A DNA stretch of 32,000 nt from Candidatus Saccharimonadota bacterium (GTDB lineage Archaea; Micrarchaeota; Micrarchaeia; Micrarchaeales; Micrarchaeaceae). The notes below the pieces were generated by a model. The model ran no database searches. It saw only the letters and a list, made by a program, of their open reading frames with translations, and was not told where the DNA came from. The DNA is taken from the NCBI GenBank assembly GCA_021654395.1, contig AP024486.1:210001-242000 (forward strand), in the 5' to 3' direction. Every line of letters begins with the position of its first letter. The stretch's first letter is position 1. The position numbers and the translations under genes were made by a program. Positions 27,331-32,000 of the stretch are shown piece by piece.

Positions 27331-29283
27331 ATGGATGATAAGTATGTAGAGCTTATCTGGAATGGTAAATATGATGATGTAAAACTTGGTAATAGAACGC
27401 AGATAGACTATCCAGATCTTCCATTTCAGAGAATAGAAACTGTAAATAAACCAAGGGCAAAAGGAGCCAATCAGAATTATCTCTTTCCTGAAAATAAATG
27501 GCCTGAGAATTATCCTAAAGATTGGAAGAATATGCTGATTTGGGGTGATAATAAACTAGTTATGTCTTCATTGCTGAAGCAAGGATGGGCAGGGAAGATA
27601 AATCTAATCTATATCGATCCACCTTTTTATACAGGCGCGGACTTTTCATTTGAAACAGAAGTTAGTGATTCTAAAATTGAGAAGGAACCATCAATAATTG
27701 AGCAAAGAGCTTACAAAGATACATGGGGTGGTGGTATAGCTTCTTATCTTAAATATATGTATGAAAGGCTTGTTTTAATGAAAGAGCTTCTTGCAGAGGA
27801 TGGCTCCATTTATGTACATTTGGATTGGCATGTTGGTCACTATGTAAAGGTAATGATGGACGAGATATTTGGGTATGAAAATTTTATTCAAGAAGTAGTT
27901 TGGAACTATGGTAAAATGAGTAAAGAAGCGGTTGGCTTTAGAAAAGCACACGATACAATACTACATTATGCTAAAGATATAAGCAGAGTTAAGTTTAACC
28001 AAGTATACAGGGAAAAAAGTGAATATAAAAATCGTTATAGAAGATATTTGATAAATAATAAGTTATATTATAGTAGTGTGAAATTTAGCAAAGATAAACT
28101 AATACTCAGACGCATTGAGAAATTAGAGAATGAACTAGGCAGAAAAATAAAAGATGACGATGTACTGTTTGATTTCGATAAAGAATTAAAGCCTTTGAGT
28201 GATGTTATATACGTTAGTATAATAAAAGGTAATTCTGCTGAGAAGATAGGATATCAGACACAAAAACCAGAAGCCTTATTAGAAAAGATAATTAAAGCAT
28301 CTTCTAATGAGGGCGATATTGTGGCAGACTTCTTCTGTGGTTCAGGAACAACATTGGCTGTTGCAGAAAAGTTAGGAAGAAGGTGGATAGGTTCAGATTT
28401 ATCTAAATATGCAATTCAGGTTACAAGAAAGAGATTACTAGATATACATAATTCAAAGGATTTAATAGATGAGAAAAAGGAGAAATATGGCATGCCAGCA
28501 AGGCCGTTTGAGATATTAGAGATAGGAAATTATGAAGTAGTATATTGGAAGAAAAACCCCGAAGATTATCTACAGTTTATAATTAAGCTATATAGGGCAA
28601 ATCCTTTAAAAGGTTATAAGTACATACACGCAGTAAAAGGAGAAAGAGCAGTCCATATTGGGCCAATAGACGCACCTGTTTCAATGGAAGAGATAAGGAA
28701 ATTTGCTTCCGAATGTGTATCGAATAATCTTAGCAGAGCAGATGTGCTTGGATGGGAATGGAATTATGATGTTAACGGCCTAGCGAAAGATATTGCAAAG
28801 GAAGAAGGCCTAGAGGATCTTAGGCTATACCAGCTACCAAACTTAAATGAAATTAAGGCTGCCTTAGCAGGAACAAAGCTAGATCTAAAGTTACTAAAAA
28901 TTCCAGATCAAGTTATTGAAAGTAAGCTTATTCCGGTAGTAAAGTTTTATCAGTTACCTTATTTAGAGATTAAAAACAAGATTAAAGAAACAGAAGTTGT
29001 TCTAGAAATAAAAGACTTTCAGATCCCAATAAGCTCGGATATATCTGCCATATTGAGTAATATTAAAGATTCGAGGCAGTTAATCGATTACTGGGCAGTA
29101 GACTGGGATTATGATGGAGAAACCTTTCATAACGAGTGGCAGAGCTATAGAACTAAGAAAGATCTAAAGGTAGAGTATGAAGCAAAGCATGTATACGAAG
29201 AGCATGGCGAATACAGTATAATGGTAAAGGTTGTAGATATATTTGGAAGTGATACGAACAAGATTATAAAGGTGAAAGTATGA
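27331..29283 (+). CDS. mod: Type III-like restriction-modification methyltransferase (Mod), N6-adenine beta-class, with long C-terminal extension ending in a PKD-like domain
   Basis: Motif [16 protein letters not shown] precedes motif [26 protein letters not shown] (beta order). The N-terminus [14 protein letters not shown] is typical of the Mod family. The last ~70 aa, [13 protein letters not shown]...[31 protein letters not shown], resemble the PKD consensus. Confidence 0.85.
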   Translation: MDDKYVELIWNGKYDDVKLGNRTQIDYPDLPFQRIETVNKPRAKGANQNYLFPENKWPENYPKDWKNMLIWGDNKLVMSSLLKQGWAGKINLIYIDPPFYTGADFSFETEVSDSKIEKEPSIIEQRAYKDTWGGGIASYLKYMYERLVLMKELLAEDGSIYVHLDWHVGHYVKVMMDEIFGYENFIQEVVWNYGKMSKEAVGFRKAHDTILHYAKDISRVKFNQVYREKSEYKNRYRRYLINNKLYYSSVKFSKDKLILRRIEKLENELGRKIKDDDVLFDFDKELKPLSDVIYVSIIKGNSAEKIGYQTQKPEALLEKIIKASSNEGDIVADFFCGSGTTLAVAEKLGRRWIGSDLSKYAIQVTRKRLLDIHNSKDLIDEKKEKYGMPARPFEILEIGNYEVVYWKKNPEDYLQFIIKLYRANPLKGYKYIHAVKGERAVHIGPIDAPVSMEEIRKFASECVSNNLSRADVLGWEWNYDVNGLAKDIAKEEGLEDLRLYQLPNLNEIKAALAGTKLDLKLLKIPDQVIESKLIPVVKFYQLPYLEIKNKIKETEVVLEIKDFQIPISSDISAILSNIKDSRQLIDYWAVDWDYDGETFHNEWQSYRTKKDLKVEYEAKHVYEEHGEYSIMVKVVDIFGSDTNKIIKVKV

Positions 29284-31829
29284 ATCCTGCAGATATCTTA
29301 GATCCTACAGATAGAGAGAAAAGTAATGCTTACTTAGTAAATAAGCTTCGCGAAGCTGTAAAGAGCTGGAGAGATTCGGGCTATCCAGGCACAACAGATA
29401 CTACAAAGAGACTGTTGAATTACTGGTTTTATGAGGATCATATAATAGATAATATGCCTTTTGAATTCTGGTTTGCTCAGAGAGAGGCGATCGAAACCCT
29501 AATATATGTTTACGAGGTTATGAAAAAGAGAACTTTCATTGATCTAGCCAAGGATTTCGGTAATGGGCCTATAAATTTCTCTTATGATCCAAAGATAGAT
29601 CTTTATCCGCTATATGGATTTAAGATGGCCACAGGCTCTGGTAAAACAGTTGTTATGTCTTTAGCAATAGTATGGCAGCTATTTAATCATCACTTCGAGA
29701 ATAAGGATGATTATACCTCAAAGTTCCTCATAATAGCTGGAGATAAAAATGTTATCTATGATAGATTAAAGAGAGATTATCAAGATGCAAAGATATTCAG
29801 AGAGATGCCTTTAATTCCACCAGAATGGAATAACGACTTTGATTTAAAAGTGATTCTTAAAGAAGACCCGATAAATACAATCTACGACTCTGTGCTTTTC
29901 TTAACTAATATACAGCAGCTTCAAGATAAGGCGATCAGGAAAGAGGAGGTAGAGAGATTTATTGATGATATTCTAGAACTAAAGGAAGTAAATAAGACAA
30001 ATATAGCAAAGGAGAATAGAATAAAGGAAGTTTTAGAAAAGACTCCAAATATAATGATACTTAAAGACGAAGCCCATCATATATATAATTATGAAAGAAA
30101 GTGGAAAAGCATATTGCTCAAATTGCACAAGCATCTAGAGTCACAGTATGGAAAGGGCATTCTAGCAGAGCTTGACTTCTCTGCAACTCCAAGGTCAGAA
30201 AACGGTAACTTATTCTACTGGTTAATAGTAGATTTTACGCTTAAAGAAGCAATAGATATGAATATAGTAAAAAGGCCGCTAAAAGGAATGGTTTCTAACG
30301 CTTCTGAAGTTTCATCAAAAGATATTGTTGAAAGATATAGGGCCTGGATAGATGCAGGCATAAGAAGATGGCAGGAGTATAAAAATGTATTATCAAGGTT
30401 AAATAAAAAGCCGATACTATTCTTTCAATGTCCTAATAATAGAGAAGCAGACAAGTTAAAAGATTATTTAGAAACGATACCCGAAGCAAGAGGAAAGATT
30501 CTTTTAATACATACTGATAGCACTGGAGATATCTCTAAATCCGATATCGAACGCGCAAGAGATGCTGCAAGGGACATTGATAGTGAAGATAATCATTATG
30601 AAGTAATAGTAAGCACAATGATGCTAAATGAAGGTTGGGATGTAAGGAATGTAAATATAATTGTTGGTCTCAGATCATATACTTCTAAGAGAAAGGTTCT
30701 GCCTGAGCAAGTTATTGGAAGAGGATTAAGGAAGATGTTTCCAGATCTTACAGCGGATACAAAGCATTCAATAAATGTTCTAGAGATTATTGGTCCTCCT
30801 GGCCTGATGGAGATAATAGAGGATCTTGAGATGGAAGAGAACATAAAATTTGATACAGTAAATGTCGATTCTAAGATCGATGAAACTGACATACATGTTG
30901 AAAAGAACAAGATAGATAAAGATATAGAGATACCAATACTATCTCCAAGGATTACTATAGGGAGACCAAATATAGACATGTCTATTCTAGATAGATTGCC
31001 TGCACTTTCACTACCCTTAGAGAATAAGATACTAAAGACAGAATATAAAGCCATAGATATGGTAAAGAATACAGTAGAAGTAGAAAGAATCTGGGATCTG
31101 CCAGTTCCTAAGGATTCTAAGAGCGTAATTGCTTATTATACTGACATTATACTAAGAGAATTAAGGTTACCGAATAGCTTCTCTGAATTATATCCTATAG
31201 TAAAGGCTTATGTTGAAACAAAGCTATTTGATCAGAAAGTAGATCTTAATGACCCTAGAGTATTGTATCAGTTAAGCAGTACTGAAACGAAGAAGAAGCT
31301 AGTAGACCTATTTGTAGAAAGTTTAAAAGCCAATCGCTTTACAGAGACGGAACCAACTAGCTACTACTACATTAGATTATCAGATATAGAGCCATTCCCC
31401 AAGGGAAGAGAGGTTTATAAAGCAGAGAAATGTATCTTTAATCTTGTTCCATGCGACAACGGCTTTGAATTAGAATTTTCAAAGTTCCTTGACAGAGCTG
31501 AAGACGTTATCTCATTCTGTAAGATTGTGCCTAAGATCGGCTTCTCCGTTGAATATATAGACTCAAAGGGCAATCTAAGATACTACTATCCAGATTTTAT
31601 TGTAGTCCTTAAGGATGCTAATTATATAGTAGAGGCAAAAGGAGAAGTAGACGAGAATGTAAGATATAAAGATGAAAGAATAAAGAGATGGTGCGAAGAT
31701 GCATCGAAGATTACTAAAAGAAGATGGAAGTATATAAGAGTCAATCAGATCGATTTCGAGAATTATTCGTTTAATACATTTGAAGAGCTAGTCAAAACTC
31801 TATCAACAGATAGAACAAGCTCTAAGTAA
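29280..31829 (+). CDS. res: Type III restriction enzyme Res subunit (SF2 helicase/translocase + C-terminal PD-(D/E)xK nuclease)
   Basis: Walker [16 protein letters not shown] box [10 protein letters not shown], motif III DFSATP, motif [12 protein letters not shown], and C-terminal nuclease [21 protein letters not shown]. The start overlaps the mod stop (ATGA). Confidence 0.85.
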   Translation: MNPADILDPTDREKSNAYLVNKLREAVKSWRDSGYPGTTDTTKRLLNYWFYEDHIIDNMPFEFWFAQREAIETLIYVYEVMKKRTFIDLAKDFGNGPINFSYDPKIDLYPLYGFKMATGSGKTVVMSLAIVWQLFNHHFENKDDYTSKFLIIAGDKNVIYDRLKRDYQDAKIFREMPLIPPEWNNDFDLKVILKEDPINTIYDSVLFLTNIQQLQDKAIRKEEVERFIDDILELKEVNKTNIAKENRIKEVLEKTPNIMILKDEAHHIYNYERKWKSILLKLHKHLESQYGKGILAELDFSATPRSENGNLFYWLIVDFTLKEAIDMNIVKRPLKGMVSNASEVSSKDIVERYRAWIDAGIRRWQEYKNVLSRLNKKPILFFQCPNNREADKLKDYLETIPEARGKILLIHTDSTGDISKSDIERARDAARDIDSEDNHYEVIVSTMMLNEGWDVRNVNIIVGLRSYTSKRKVLPEQVIGRGLRKMFPDLTADTKHSINVLEIIGPPGLMEIIEDLEMEENIKFDTVNVDSKIDETDIHVEKNKIDKDIEIPILSPRITIGRPNIDMSILDRLPALSLPLENKILKTEYKAIDMVKNTVEVERIWDLPVPKDSKSVIAYYTDIILRELRLPNSFSELYPIVKAYVETKLFDQKVDLNDPRVLYQLSSTETKKKLVDLFVESLKANRFTETEPTSYYYIRLSDIEPFPKGREVYKAEKCIFNLVPCDNGFELEFSKFLDRAEDVISFCKIVPKIGFSVEYIDSKGNLRYYYPDFIVVLKDANYIVEAKGEVDENVRYKDERIKRWCEDASKITKRRWKYIRVNQIDFENYSFNTFEELVKTLSTDRTSSK

Positions 31830-31923
31830 GTTTTAGAGCCATATCTAAGATATCTTCAAGGTCTAAGCTATAAAGAAAGTTCTTTAATCTTTAAATCTAA
31901 TTCAAATAAGGTAAATGATATTA

Positions 31924-32000
31924 ATGGAAGAGAAGGAGTTTGATTGGGAGCTTTATAAGGAAGCAGATAGCTTCTCTAAAGGCATTATAGAGGAGTTCTT
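31924..32000 (+). CDS. 5' end of an unidentified CDS running off the window
   Basis: The ATG at 31924 is followed by 25 open codons (MEEKEFDWELYKEADSFSKGIIEEF) in host-like codon style (GAG/AAG). Too short to assign. Confidence 0.3.
   Translation, partial: MEEKEFDWELYKEADSFSKGIIEEF

Noticed and set aside
27331-29283. Phase-variable simple-sequence repeat in mod, as seen in bacterial Type III systems
   Set aside because: Only short homopolymers are present (A6 near 28012; A5C4 near 28552). No tetra- or pentanucleotide tandem repeat tract occurs.
30596-31054. 152-aa minus-strand ORF inside res
   Set aside because: Antisense shadow ORF with an S/I/F-rich low-complexity product. The sense strand carries helicase motif VI and a continuous Res reading frame.
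27153-31923. Possible direct repeats flanking the R-M cassette (AAATCTAACTTC near 27199 versus AAATCTAATTC near 31889; TAAGCTAT on both sides)
   Set aside because: The matches are only 8-11 nt and imperfect, in sequence that is about 80% AT. They are not distinguishable from chance, and no integrase or tRNA target is associated.

Overview
AT-rich archaeal chromosomal segment, about one-third GC by eye. The gene content looks crenarchaeal and thermoacidophile-like. Supporting signals: a two-subunit 2-oxoacid:ferredoxin oxidoreductase, a contiguous classical mevalonate operon (MVK-MDD-PMK), PCNA, Gins51-like, TFE, aIF-1A/2alpha/2beta and L44e genes, TATA boxes about 25-30 nt upstream of start codons (mostly leaderless genes), a tRNA with a non-canonical intron, and surface proteins rich in N-glycosylation sequons. 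I recognise 32 probable CDS, two tRNAs (Ser-GCU with a D-loop intron; initiator Met), an SRP (7S) RNA that the ORF track miscalls as a 72-aa ORF, and one candidate box C/D sRNA. The only clearly accessory element is a two-gene Type III-like restriction-modification cassette (27331-31829). Its composition differs from the flanks, and its Mod subunit ends in a PKD-like domain. I did not find a convincing multi-gene system of an unprecedented kind. The most unusual items are a cysteine-free NUDIX-UDG4 fusion, an archaeosortase-like protein with a large sequon-rich C-terminal domain, the Mod C-terminal extension, the D-loop tRNA intron, the C/D sRNA candidate with compensatory K-turn changes, and a 42-aa Cys-rich ORF missing from the ORF track. 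All functional calls rest on motifs read from the translations. No database search was run.
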